The notes: a model not told the origin generated them from the sequence alone. A stretch of 40,128 bases of DNA from Octopus sinensis (GCF_006345805.1 NW_021835443.1:1-40128), one strand, 5' to 3'; counted from the first letter of the stretch, positions 12,609 through 26,795 are shown. Program-made: numbers and translations.

Positions 12609-13637
12609 TATAATATATATATATAGACATATATATGTATACATATATATATACTACACACATATATACTACACACATATATATATTTACATATATATAC
12701 ACACACATATATATTTATGCATATATATATACACATATATACATACATACATATATATACACACACACACATATATATATACACACATATATATACATAT
12801 GCATATACATATATATATATATATATCGTCAAACTAATGCACCTGCTTGTTATTTATATACCTGTCTTTGTCTTTTGCTTTCCTGTAAATTTCAACTATA
12901 TATATAAGTGTGTGTGTGTGTGTGTATGTGTGTGTGTGTGTATGTGTGTGTGTGTATGTGTGTGTGTGTATGTGTGGTGTGTGTGTATGTGTGTGTATGT
13001 ATGTATGTGTGTGCAAATAGACATAGACAGATCGATAGCTTAGATAGATATACACACGTATATTTATATTCAAATGAATACAATAATTCTAACTAGCATA
13101 CGCAGATAACATTCATACACGTACATACTTTATGAAAATTTTTTCTTACAAGGAAAAGACAGAGAAATAACGATATCATGTCCCTTCATTAGTACGCATT
13201 TACTTAGCTGTGATAAATAACATTTAAAGTTGACACCAGAATATATTGTACTTAGAAGATACACAGACTAATCTAAATACTGAATATATGCTGACCGACT
13301 GAACTAAACTGTGGATATTGTAAGTAGTGCTTTTCCAGTTCTGCCAATCACGTGGACATATTTTTCTCTTTTAAAATTAAGAATTGAAAATGTCATTAGT
13401 CTTTCTATCTTCTGGAACGGTAATCAACTTATGAGAATGAGAGAGACACACACAAACGCGTACACAAAACAGGTGAACACGTATGTGTAAATACACACAC
13501 ACACAAACACATACATGTATATACATAAATGTATATATATGTATATCATATATAATTGTATGCATATAGATATATATAGATAGTTATAATATATACATAT
13601 ATACAATACATATATACATATATACATGCATACATAA

Positions 13638-13684
<47 letters not shown>

Positions 13685-14479
13685 ATATGTATATATATAT
13701 ATACACATTCATATACATATATATAGAAATAAATATGTGTGTAAATATATTATATAATATTTATATATATGTGCATATATATATATGTGCTATTTGTATA
13801 TATGCATATATATGGAAAATTATATGTACATATATATGTGTGTCTGTGTATATATATATATACATGCATACATACATACACACACATAAATAAATAAATA
13901 TATATTATATATATATACTTTCATACATACATGCATACACACACACACACACTCATATATATATATATATATGTATATACACGAACGAACTCACACTCTC
14001 GTAGACATAGATACACATACACACGTTCAAATAATAAACACATATACGCTTATACCGACAATATAGGCTATAGGTTTTTCTTCTTTTTTCTTTTTCTGAC
14101 AGAGACAGCTACAAGTATCGACAGTTCGACAGACAGAATCATAAAAAAATATATATGAAGGGAAATAATGGTCGTTACTTTCCGTAACGAGGTTGTTGAC
14201 TAAAGTATCTCATCGCCTTAATTGCTTATTTATTCAAGACTGTCTTCAGGGAATATTGTTGTTTATTACGATGTTCAGTTCTTACTTTCTCAACTACTTC
14301 TCTGAGTAGAACTTCCTTAATATTACAATATCAGTCGATCTGTCTAGGTATCCATACAAACTTCCAGTCGTCAGTCCATCCATGTATCTCTCTTAATTTC
14401 TCTCTCACTTTCTGTCTATCATTTTCTTTAATTCTCCCCCGTGGTGTGTGCGCGTGTGTGTGTGTGTTGGTGTGTGTTC

Positions 14480-14576
<97 letters not shown>

Positions 14577-14577
14577 A
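14480..14577. repeat. (ATCT)n microsatellite
   Basis: Direct inspection. Confidence 0.95.
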
Positions 14578-14800
14578 TCACATATATATATATATGTATA
14601 TATGTATGTGTGCGTGTGTGTATACATGTATGTATATAAGTATTTATATATGTGTGCATATTGTATACATATATATTATATAGAATATCATATATGTGTT
14701 TGTGTGTGTGTAACTCTCAATATATATATATGTGTACATAGTGTCTATGTATGTATGCATATATATATACATATATATATATATATACATATATACATAC

Positions 14801-14849
<49 letters not shown>

Positions 14850-14862
14850 CATATATACATAC

Positions 14863-14909
<47 letters not shown>

Positions 14910-15423
14910 TATATATAAGTGTGTGTGTAGACCTATATATATATGTGGGTGGGGCAGGAACGTATGTGTATTTATAGATCTCTACATGTCTCTGAATCTA
15001 TTTACACACTCACTCACACAGACACACACACACACACACACAGAGGCATATATACCTACACACATCTCTTGATTTTACTGGTCTCTATAGCTAATCTCCT
15101 GTCATGTTGTAGTATTGCCCAAAAAGGCTTTAGGCGATCACACCAACATCAATATCTCTCCCAGTCGATTCCTTATAATTCATATTAGGTATCTGGATTT
15201 ATCTTGTCATTCCTTAAACCATCGATTTCCCCTTCTCCAGTCAGAAGATCCATGTTCGATAACTCTTCGTAGAGTTTCGGTCAAGTGTATTTTACTATAG
15301 CCTCCGGTTGACCCATGACTTGTGAGTGCAATTAGGCAGACGGTAAGGGTGGCAACCTATTGCGTGTATGGTGCCTATAGTTCAAATGTTCCTTATTGTC
15401 TCCTATACTTAGTCACACTGATA

Positions 15424-15427
<4 letters not shown>

Positions 15428-15500
<73 letters not shown>

Positions 15501-15767
15501 GAGTGAGAGAGCAGTTCATGCCATCAAAGTGACACTGGGGTATAATATACGAAGCCCAATATATCCATCATGACTACCCGTCTGATAAAGGTACACCAGG
15601 CAGATGCATCAAAACCATACGTGCGCGACATGGTGATCTCATAAAAAGATAAACAGCACATGACCTTGCAGGTGGGGCCCAGTTAGAATTTTCTTCAGGT
15701 TGAGTAGCCCATCCCCCTCAAACGGTCCCTGAATAAGTGTTGTTTAAGGATGTTGAAAGAAACACCC

Positions 15768-15768
<1 letters not shown>
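15428..15768 (-). mobile_element. Retroelement 3' end with (AAT)n tail, family unassigned
   Basis: A ~270-bp unique block ending ...gctctctcactc followed by (AAT)n on the minus strand, lying between two (ATT)n runs. I recall it as an octopus repeat but did not verify this. Confidence 0.55.
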
Positions 15769-15802
<34 letters not shown>

Positions 15803-15813
15803 TATTATTATTA

Positions 15814-15869
<56 letters not shown>

Positions 15870-15871
<2 letters not shown>

Positions 15872-17075
15872 TTCATTTTGCCTATAATGAAAGATTCCCG
15901 GATAGTTTTTAATTACCGGTTAATCTTTATTTAAAAGCAGGCAACAGCAAATCACCCAAGGTTCCAAGTGGTGCTTTCTCCTGCGACTCAAAGAGATAAT
16001 ACTCTCCTTAGAATGCGAGCTGTTCCCAACAATGCTATCTTCTGGATTACCTCGAGTATAATATGGCTTTCAAAGACCTTGGAAACTGCTCGTAATGCTC
16101 CAATATCCAACGGTATCACCATTATTTTCTTCATGCCCCATAACTTTCCTATGTCGTCCCGCAGTGGCTATTATTTCTCAATCTTTCTTTACATTTCATC
16201 CTACTATCTTCATTTATTTTTGATCTTTATGAATGAGCACGATATCTGGTCGTCTCGCCTCTATGACTTGGTCGCACTGCATGTTAAAATCCCAGAGTAT
16301 TTTGTAATGTTTGTTTTCCACTACTCCCTCTAGCTTATGTACATACCATTGTTCGACTCTCTCAAAGTTTGCTGTACCACACAACAGCCAGTGGAGATAT
16401 CTGGTCACATTGTCATGTTTCCTTTTGTATTCGCGTTGTGCGAGCTGACAGCACTCACTGACAATATGGCTTATACTTTCTCACATCTCAGAGCACATCC
16501 TACACTCTTGTGAGTCAGGGATTTTATCAATGTAATATTTGGAGTAGTTTGTTCTGAGTGCTTGTTCTTGTGTGCTGCACACTAATGCCTCAGTGGGCTC
16601 TTTTAAGTTTCCTTTCTACAGCCATTGCCAGATTCACTTCCAATCAATCTCATTTATATTCTTCAAGAACTGACTGTGCATTTTCTTGTCCCGCCAAATT
16701 TTCTTCATCTGCTCTCTCTCTGGTTTTCCTTAAATTGTGCTGGATCTTTTAAGGTTCCCTGCATTTTCACTGCTTCAGTCATTTCTTCTTTTCTCCCCTT
16801 GGCAGACCAAGCCAGGTTATTCTCCTCTTCCCTTACACAACCTTCACAACACACTAATCCCCGTCCTTCTTCTTTCCTCTTCACAAACAACCATGAAACT
16901 AAACTCTTGGATTGTATTTCCTCGTTCATTATCATTAATTTACGTGTTCCCTGGTCTATCTCTTGTAAGTCATGCTTCTTCCAAGATGATATCCCGGCCC
17001 TATATCTCATCAAAGCAACAGCCTACGTATTAATTGCTCTAATCTTATAGCGGCCATTTAGACTCGATTGGAGCA
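15870..17075 (-). mobile_element. 5'-truncated R4/Dong-clade non-LTR retrotransposon (RT C-terminus, CCHC knuckle, RLE)
   Basis: Decayed peptides ISSWKKHDLQEIDQGTRKLM...RKEEGRGL, LSRETESLIVAAQEQ, CRMC...HIVSEC, KILWDFNMQCDQVIEARRPDIVL; (AAT)n tail at 15770-15870. Confidence 0.9.
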
Positions 17076-17415
17076 CAAGCCTAATTCACGTCAAATAATC
17101 TTTCCTGTACATTTTTTTACATCTTGTATTCATTCATCTTTTCTCTTTCAATGTTACCCTGGTTTAATAAAATAAAGTACCCGTCATGAACCGGGTTCGA
17201 TGTAACAGATTTAACCGTCTCTCAAATTTGCTGGCCTTGTGCTAAAATGAAAAGAGAATTATTACCGTCACCACCAACACCACTACCACCACCACATTAC
17301 CATTCTAATTACCATTCTAATCTTCCTCCTACTTCTCATCGTCATCCTCATCTTCATCATTTTTGTTATTTTTCCTCTTTTCAGACACACATCTGAACAC
17401 ACACACAATTATAAT

Positions 17416-17460
<45 letters not shown>

Positions 17461-17835
17461 ATATATATATGCATACATACACACAACCATCATTATATAT
17501 AGAGAGACAGAGATAGATAGATTGATAGAGAGAGAGAAAGAGTGAGAGAGAGAGAGTTTTCAGTGAACAATCAGGAGAAGGAGAACCCAATGACTGAATA
17601 TTTATATACCTTTTTAATGTTTTCAATTAACAGAAAGTTAAGAAATACGTTTAAGTGTGTGTATATGTGTGTGCTTGCGCGTGTGCGCGCGTGAGTACGT
17701 ATACACACATACGTACACACCGATACTTACATACATAATATATATGTCCGTGTGTAAGCGTGTGTTTGTGCTTGTGTCTATACTTAGGCAGTATTTTTTC
17801 ACTTCGTCATAATGCTCAGTTTTACTGCTTTGTAG

Positions 17836-17908
17836 ATTGGTTAGTAAGATACATAAGCGTTTGATATTCACTTTGATCATTACACCGATGCCTGCAAGCA
17901 AATTGCAG
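17836..17908 (+). other. Candidate 73-nt spliced exon
   Basis: Acceptor ttttactgctttgtag and donor CAG/gtgaga; one open frame (LVSKIHKRLIFTLIITPMPASKLQ); no homology recognised. Confidence 0.3.
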
Positions 17909-18856
17909 GTGAGAATGGAATTGATAAATATATCAATCTAGCAATGAATGATTTTGAAAATTGTCTTTAGTGGGATACAGCGAAGACGTGGGAGGGCGAC
18001 TACTACTTTTGTAGTAGTTTCATACCAGATAGAAAATAGAAATAAAAAGCGTGTTAGTGAACCAAAAGTTTTGCACTCTTTTGCTGAGGGAGCCATTACA
18101 TTTCGAAGCAGGAGAGAAACATAAATTATTATATCATTTTCTTTACTATCTATAATCATACTACGAAATAGAAATCGTTAGAATGTTGGATAAAACTTCA
18201 TGCGCTATTTGTTCGGCCTTTCCGCGATTTGAGTTCGATTCCGATTGAGGTAAGGTTTATTATTCATTCTTTCTGTGTTGATAAATACAGGAATATTTCA
18301 GTGCAGTGAACTGCAAAAATTATTAAAGCATCACATGCGAGGTCTTGTTCGCTTGGTCAGGTTTTACGTTCTATCTTCATATTCTGCCTCTAGTCTCCAG
18401 CAAACTTGTGTCTAGAAATGAGGGATGAGGTTAAATATAGTAGAGCTTCACTGCAAACCGAAGAAACCTACCGTTTGGATGAACACTGCGGTCGTATCAA
18501 TGCTAAAATGATAGAATCATAAACTGAAACGTGATAAGAAATTATAGAGTAAATTCTAAATTCTCATTGAAGATTTTTTGAGAGTATAAAACAAAAGAGA
18601 CTTGGATTTTTGTGGGCTTCTAAAATAGAGCAAATCTTCTGGTTTTCTTGTTAGAAACAAACATTATCTCTGCGCAGACAGTATCTCATGTGTTCAGTTT
18701 AGATGGAAGTCTTATTGGCTGACTAATAGGATTACCCCGAATACCGTCAACCCGATAAAGGAGCACATCGTATCAGCAAAAGTATAGATACAAATATATG
18801 TGTACATACACTTACGCACAAATATATATGTAAATGTGTGTGCTTGTGTATGTATG

Positions 18857-18895
<39 letters not shown>

Positions 18896-18903
<8 letters not shown>

Positions 18904-19054
18904 TTAGGGTATCTAAGAGATACCTCCACGCTGGAAGTACCAGCCAAACCTTGACTCTAAAATCACATTATTGAACATTTAATGTGGCCTTAGAGTCAAG
19001 ATTTGGCTGCTATTTCCAGCGTGGAGGTATCTCTTAGTTAGCCTAAATTATAAT
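18896..19054. mobile_element. ~160-bp hairpin MITE-like element
   Basis: attataatttagg..ctaagagatacctccacgctggaa...cacatta / taatgtg...ttccagcgtggaggtatctcttag..cctaaattataat; 9-nt loop; no HHR core. Confidence 0.8.
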
Positions 19055-19141
19055 TTTAATAATAATTATTAGATTTGAATGATTTTTATTCCTATGCTGG
19101 CTACCTGATAAGATCGATAATTAAATTATCGATCTCATCCT

Positions 19142-19276
<135 letters not shown>

Positions 19277-19634
19277 ATATAATATATATATATACATATA
19301 TATATATGTATACACATATATATGTAAATGAAGGATATGAAAATGGATATATTGAAGTTAATAAGATCGATAGTTATCTCTTAATTTTCCCTGTGCTTAA
19401 CTGAAACGGCCGTAAGTGATAATGATCAATTTTTGGCTGATAATAATCGCTTATTAACTTCAATAACTCCATTTTCTTATTCTTCATTTATGTGACTATA
19501 AACCATGGTTTATATATAAATCTACTATGTTGAGGATATGAACCTCCTCCGACGCAAATATTAGGTATTGAACCAGTATGTCTTTGGCTGATAAAATACC
19601 TTTATGAGGCTATCAAAAAACCTCTACTTGAATC

Positions 19635-19701
<67 letters not shown>

Positions 19702-19988
19702 AAATGCAAAATGGTTGATCGGTAGTAAGGAAAGACACACAAATAAGAGAGGAGAAAGCAAAGGACCATTGATAAAGTCACAGAAGTGTGATGAAAGAAC
19801 TCTGGCTGAAATACGATTAATGTAAAAAATAAAATAAAGCTGAACCGAATTAACACCAAATATATAGTGCGTGTGTTTTATTGGCTAAACTGGCAACATG
19901 ACCGTCCCCAAATACAACAATATATATATACATATATATATACAAATATATATATACATACATACATATATATATATATACACCACAC

Positions 19989-20076
<88 letters not shown>

Positions 20077-20626
20077 ATATCGGTCAAATTTACAGGAAAC
20101 AAAAGAAAAGGCGAAGACAGGTGAAACAGACAGGCAGGTGTATTAGTTTAACGCTCGAGAGGAATGGAAATGTCCTTTGAGTTTCGAGCCTACACCCTTC
20201 AACAGAAAGGATTGTGTGTGTGCATATGTGTGTGTGTATGTATGTGTGTGTGTGTGTGTCAGTGTGAGTATGTGTTTGCGTATGTGTTTCATCATTATAT
20301 GTTTATATGTACATCAACTATGATTTATTATTATTTACTACATCTGTAGTTCATTGTGATAGACCGTTCTCTTTAGATGTACATTAAGAACGTTAATAAC
20401 CTGCCAAACATTTCCCATTAATTACGAACAAGCTCTCACGTGGCTTCTCTGCTTGCCAGAAATAAGAATCTAATCCTTCTCTCATCACATGTAACTGTCT
20501 TTTACAATGTAGACTGCAGTGTGTAACGTCGTCTTAGAGGCAACTCTTGGCTAACATACAGATAACATTATTTACATTATTTATATTTGAGGGATAATTG
20601 TCCTCATCTTGTTTTTTTTTTTTGTT

Positions 20627-20672
20627 AACACAACGCTTCGGCTGATATACCCTCCAGCCTTCATCAGGTGTC
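20627..20672 (-). ncRNA. Hammerhead motif (family 6), inverted arm, A15.1-to-G change
   Basis: Minus strand reads GACAC-CTGATGA-A-GGCTG(GAGGGTATAT)CAGCC-GAAGCGTT-GTGTT. Confidence 0.7.
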
Positions 20673-20881
20673 TGGGGAAATTTCGAACCTGGGTTCTCAT
20701 TCCTAATATAGCATAGTGGTTAAAAGCGCGGGCTACTAATCCCAAGATTCCAAGTACGATTCCAAGCAGTGACCTAAATAATAATAATTTAAAAAAAACA
20801 CAAAAAAACAATAATAATAATAATAATAATAGCATCGAAAAATACCTTAGGATTGAGAACCCAGGTTCGAAATTTCTCCAA

Positions 20882-20927
20882 GATACCTGATGAAGGCTGG
20901 AGGGTATATCAGCCGAAACGTTGTGTT
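20882..20927 (+). ncRNA. Minimal hammerhead motif (family 6)
   Basis: GATAC-CTGATGA-A-GGCTG(GAGGGTATAT)CAGCC-GAAACGTT-GTGTT. Palindromic ACGT stem III, GUU triplet; stem I retained through a G-U wobble. Confidence 0.8.
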
Positions 20928-21104
20928 AACAACAAACAAGATGAGGACAAATATCCGTCAAATGTAACTAATGTAAATGATGTAAATAATGTACATAATT
21001 CCTCATCTCTTAAATATAGAACAACGTACAGTTTAGTCATGCCTAAAATGATTTATGTCTGTTCGATCAATGATGACCAGGTGCTATGCAATAATCCTTT
21101 CTAG

Positions 21105-21295
21105 AATAGGTACAAGGCCTGAAATTTGGGGGAAGGGAAATAGTCGATTACAACGACCCCAGTGTTTCACTGGTACTCAGTTTATCGAAAGTCAAAGTCG
21201 GCCTCGGCAAAATTTGAACTCAGAACGTAGCGACAGACGAAATGCTGCTAAGCATTTCGTACAGCTAGCTAACGTTTTTGCCAGCTTGCCGCCTT
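21105..21295 (-). mobile_element. Type 1 SINE
   Basis: Minus head ggcggcaagctggcaaaaacgttagc...gagttcaaatttt. Confidence 0.85.
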
Positions 21296-21321
21296 GGGGC
21301 TATGTAGTATTAAGTATTAGT

Positions 21322-21712
21322 GTGGTAAATTGCTTGTTTACCAACCACATGGTTCCGGGTTCAGTCCCATTGCGTGGCACCTTGGGCAAGCGTCTTCTAC
21401 TATAGCCTCGGGCCGACCAAAGCCTTGTAAGTGGATTTGGTAGACGGAAACTGAAAGAAGCCCGTCGTATATATATATATGCGTGTGTGTGTTTGTGTGT
21501 CTGTGTTTGTTCCCCCAACATCACTTGACAACCGATGCTGGTGTGTTTATATCCCCGTTACTTAGCGGTTCGGCAAAAGAGACCGATAGAATAAGTACTG
21601 GGCTTACAAAAGAATAAGACCCGGGGTCGAGTTGCTCGATTAAAGGCAGTGCTCCAGCATGGCTGCAGTCAAATGACTGAAACAGATAAAAGAGTAAAAG
21701 AGTAAAAGAGTA
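21322..21712 (+). mobile_element. Type 2 tRNA-derived SINE, near full length, (AAAGAGT)n tail
   Basis: Head gtgtggtaa...ccgggttcagtccc, CORE-like caccttgggcaag, 3' tandem tail. Confidence 0.9.
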
Positions 21713-21849
21713 TATGCAAAAGATTGTGGGATGGTGCATGGCTTGATGTCCAAGGATGACGTTTCTATAATTTCTTGCAGAGCAACCTGCACCAATGTTT
21801 GGGTTTATAGTGATTAAACACATGCGCTGTACATTAGCTCACTCCCTCC

Positions 21850-22025
21850 ATGTACTCAGGCTTTGTCTGAACATGTACACGGTGGACTACATGTCAGATG
21901 TGACCGTAGAGCAACGTGAGATGATGTGTGTTGCTGAAGAACACAACGTACCAGCTGGCTCAAGAATTGAAACTTCGATCTTGCGATAGTGTGTGCTAAA
22001 CTCTAACCAGTAAGCGATGCACTTT
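21850..22025 (-). mobile_element. Old tRNA-derived SINE remnant
   Basis: Minus strand shows tactggttag (A-box-like), gtttcaattc (B-box-like), then cgttgtgttcttcagcaacacac. Confidence 0.55.
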
Positions 22026-22556
22026 CCTACATGCAACACAAAATCAGAAAAAAGAGTGTCAAACGTTGAAATCCAAGAAAGATTATAAAATATCGACGCC
22101 AAAATATTTTTGCATTGCGTGTTTGAAGACAAGAATAGTATTCCCCGGAACGGAATGTTCAAAGAGAAACATCCTCGTGGAGCAAAAAAAGAAGCATTAA
22201 TTAAAGGACATCCAAAGTTATTCAACAAAAAAACATGGAGAAGTCCTGTGTGCAAATTCTATTTTTCTTTTCTTTTGAGAGCAAGCTTCAACCTAAGGCT
22301 AGGGTCAAGGAATGTCGCTCAAAATCTTTTACCACACTAGTTTCGTGGCGAAATAGCACCGAGGATGTTAGTTTTGATTCCATCAAGGATGATACGAGCC
22401 AAGACCTTGTTAGAAATCTAGAGAAGGTAAACATACTTTGCAATCTAAATTTAGCTTTGACTCAAAATTTTCAAACGCAACCAAAGGGAATAAATGCAAG
22501 ATCATAGGTGAAAGTCGGGTTGTATTTATATTAAGTGCACACATAACTATGCAACA

Positions 22557-22615
<59 letters not shown>

Positions 22616-22667
22616 TATATATATTATATATGCATACATACATACATACATATATACATACATATAT

Positions 22668-22742
<75 letters not shown>

Positions 22743-22772
22743 TACATACATACATACATACATATATACATA

Positions 22773-22803
<31 letters not shown>

Positions 22804-24064
22804 TATATATATTCATTCTTCCTCTTCTGTCTGTCCTCTTATATGTATTACTTTATGTTTCACCCTTCCTATCTCTATACACGCACATATTTATACATAT
22901 ATACACAAAGAGGCACACACGCATACCATTAGCGCATATATACACACATGTATGGGAAGAATATATTTAATATTCATTAAAAAGAAATACTATTTAGTAA
23001 TGTTGCAAGGATTCTATCGATTATTAATGGATATGTCTAGTGCTCTCATCACAGCTCTTCATTCGATTCTTAAACCCAATGCTATCTAAAAGAAAATGCT
23101 ACACTTAGCCTACAAAGTATATACATATATACATACATGAACGCATAATACATAATACATACATACATATATGCATACGTATATTCTGTATATATATATA
23201 TGTATATAATTCTATGTATTTTTTTTCTCCAAACGTCATGTCTCAACATTAAATGTTTCAGCTATGGACACGGACAATTAATGCTTCATTTGATAGGTCA
23301 ACTCTCATTCAAACTGCTTGACTGCGATTCTGAAAAGACCAAAAGCTAAACACTGATCTATTTTTATTTACTCTCAAGAGCCGAGAATAACCACTTTTTA
23401 TCTCTACCGTATGATTCTAACGTGTTAAAGTTTACAGCGTAGAAGTGGGATGGTTAAGAGTTTGAAGAATTTGATTATCAGTTCATGGTCCATGAGAGAC
23501 TAAATCTGCAGCAGACGTTTCGTTGCGTGAGTGGGAAGAACACTTTATTCTACATTGATATAGTTCACATGGCTGTCGAGAATAAGTATCAGATCTTGTG
23601 GTAAATTGTCCGTAAATCTTATCACACATAGATAGATATCTTTGATCATGAATGATCAAGCAAGTGTCTCTATTTATGTCATTGTATGTAGGATAAATAT
23701 TTACAGTTCAAAAGAGATGTTGAAATACACTCTTTCTAACAAGCCTCTGCTCTCGGTCCATAATTCGAATTAAGGACTAGAAGCAATGGAAAACGGGACT
23801 GAATTGTAGGGTTTCTCCAGAAACCAGCAATCCTTTTCCAGTGCAATAGATGGCATTAAGGCATTTGGGTGAAACGCATTCAGATCTTGGCAGGAAATAT
23901 GTAGGACGAGTGTGCAAACTTGAACTAGTTGTCTTTTCTATAGACAAACGGCGTCAGTATTAACTATAACAGGAATGCGACAAAACTGCTTCGAAATTTT
24001 GTGGGGTTAGTTTCTGTTAGAAATATTAAAGTTAAACCAATACAGGAATATGTATAACGATATA

Positions 24065-24217
24065 GTGAAGATGCCGACGACCGCTCGGTTCAAAGTCTCT
24101 CTTGACCAGAAATGGCCTGAACTCTTTGTATGACCACCTTCCCTGTACATAACTCCCTGTCCCCCTACATGGCCTTGCTTTTGCTTTTTGAGACAATAAA
24201 TTGAATTGAATTGAATT
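24065..24217 (+). mobile_element. CR1/L2-like LINE 3' end
   Basis: Encodes VKMPTTARFKVSLDQKWPELFV*, resembling the CR1 ORF2 C-terminal FKxxLDxxW motif; short 3' UTR, AATAAA and (ATTGA)n tail. Confidence 0.7.
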
Positions 24218-24866
24218 AAAAAATAGTGCTAAATTCGAAACGACTGTTTACAGCAAAAAGCTTGTATGCATATAATATTGGTACACTGATTCGAAATAAA
24301 TGTATGGAGGAATACAAAAGGAAATACAAAAATGGGCTGCAAATAACTAGTGACTTAAAGACCTGAATTAAGAATTCATTCGTCGGGATCCTGCTGTAAA
24401 TATAGGAAATAGTGTCCAAAACAACATGGTACCATCCAATTACATGTTTTGTGTGTTTCTACGCTGGCTAGTGCATATCTGCTGTCAGTTAAATGAAAAG
24501 TCAATACACACAAACACGTACACATATGCACGCATAATACATCTCTATATCTATGTGTATGTATATGTCTGTTTCTGTGTGTAATAGTATACATTAATAT
24601 GGATGCTTGCTCGCGCCGAACATTCTGACATACTCATATATGTTATATAAATGCGTAACAAATGTACATAGGCGATATATGTATCTCTTACAGAGGATAT
24701 TCAAATTAAGAAAGCAGTACTTTGAGTTGCATATAATATTTGTGTGTGTGTGTACATGCGTGACCGAGCTAAAGCGCATGCTTGCATGTTTGAGAGGGAG
24801 GAGTTAGAAGGAAACTGAGACAGACTTAGAGAGATATGTAGTGAGAAAGAGATACACCACACATAC

Positions 24867-24937
<71 letters not shown>

Positions 24938-24974
24938 ATATATATATATATGTATATATATGTATATATATATA

Positions 24975-25040
<66 letters not shown>

Positions 25041-25218
25041 TATACAGAGAAGACAGAGAGAGAGAGAGAGAGATAGAGAGAGAGAGAGAAGGGAGAGAGA
25101 AGGTCAGACATAGAAAAAGGAGATAGTGAAAAGAAAAAAAAATGCGAAGATGCGGAAGAAAAGAAGAAAGAATATGTTAGAGAATTGCAGCAAGGAGATA
25201 GTTTGAATTTCAAACTGC

Positions 25219-25253
<35 letters not shown>

Positions 25254-25331
25254 TGCGTGTGTGTGTGCGTGTGTGTCTGTTTCTGTGTGTGTGTGTCTGT
25301 GTGTCTGTGTATTTATACATACATACATACA

Positions 25332-25369
<38 letters not shown>

Positions 25370-25971
25370 TATATATATATATCATACATATAGATATGTA
25401 CACACAAGCGTGCACACCCCCACACGCATATATGTATGTATGTATGCATATACACCCACACAGTAGCTTTACTTGGCTTTAATTACAGAGCAAAGTCCAA
25501 ATCAAAAGCAGTTTTTGTTTCCTAAAGTTATAAGCAACATAAATCAATAATTCATCTCGGGAATCTATTAAATTAGTGTGAGATAAACGAACGGCAAGTC
25601 ATCTGCCCGAATCCATATTTTGCATGAGAATTCCATTAAATTAGGCAACAGCATTTTGTTGAAGTTCCTCTTGAGTATTCAATGGCTTTTGCACATGTTC
25701 AAAGACTCTTGTATTTATATATGTACGTACTTACATATGTATGGATGTATTGCATGGTGTATGTGTCTATGTATCTGTGTATCTGTGTATCTGTGTGTGC
25801 ATCCTTATCTAAATATCTATACGTGATCCTGGTAATGTCTACGCACATACATACATATATTTTTATGCAGCAATATACTTGTACATAGACGCATTCACCC
25901 ATACCCGTATATGCACAGACATGGACTCATACAAACAAGGAAACACACACACAAACACACACACACACATA

Positions 25972-26005
<34 letters not shown>

Positions 26006-26615
26006 AATCTCCCCAAAGTATATTGAAACATATAATGTTATGGTTACACAAAGTGCAGTTATGGTCCCTCAATAATAAATAGCAATGTTTTTACTTGGAG
26101 ATTAGTTTCAATCCCCCAATGTTAAACAATGCTACGAAGAAGCTGGGAAGAACCACAATCATCATCATCATCATCATCATCATCATGCACATCAGTAACA
26201 TCAGCAATATTATCAGTATGAAGATCGATATACACATACATTACATATAGGCGTGTAAGTGTACAAGCCAAAATTCACGCATAAATTAGTACACGTAGAA
26301 ACATACTAAACCATACAAGAATATGGATCATATATATATATATATATGAACCTTGAAACAAACAAAGGGTCATATGTGTATATATGCACTAGTAAAGAGA
26401 TATTTTTCACAAATTCCTCTCCAAAGTTTCTAGTGGGGGTTTGAACTGTTATTAATTACATTTTATCATTTGTTGACGCACTTAAACGTATACACTCACA
26501 GACTGACCTGACACATGCATACGCACAGAAGTTCTGTTCGCTACACTCCAAAACAACCACACAATAATTGTACATAGATACGCAACTATAGACATATACA
26601 TACAAATACACATAC

Positions 26616-26678
<63 letters not shown>

Positions 26679-26680
<2 letters not shown>

Positions 26681-26795
26681 TTGTGTTCGACGTTTTTTTG
26701 GTGTCCTGTACTCATATAGCGTGTATATATACATGTAGAGGTTGGTACGTACATATATGTATATATATATGCATATGTTTTATTTATTAATATAT
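26679..26795 (+). repeat. Isolated copy of the 131-bp minisatellite unit
   Basis: Nearly identical to the units at 27504-27896. Confidence 0.95.

Larger units (their letters stand above)
20565..21022 (+). mobile_element. tRNA-headed, hammerhead-tailed SINE-like element with an inverted copy of its tail (family 6, copy 1)
   Basis: Inverted arms 20565-20706 and 20847-20993. tRNA-like head at 20707-20775 (A box TAGCATAGTGGTTAA, B-box-like GTACGATTCC), then an (AAT)n linker. Putative TSD aacatacag (20553-20561) / aacgtacag (21023-21031). Confidence 0.85.

Noticed and set aside
20707-20775. tRNA genes here and at 31218-31290
   Set aside because: No closed acceptor stem or cloverleaf; they continue into repeat bodies, so they are SINE heads.
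22280-22426. 49-codon + exon with donor AAG/gtaaac
   Set aside because: The acceptor would be a disfavoured GAG, no homology is recognised, and ORFs of this length arise by chance.
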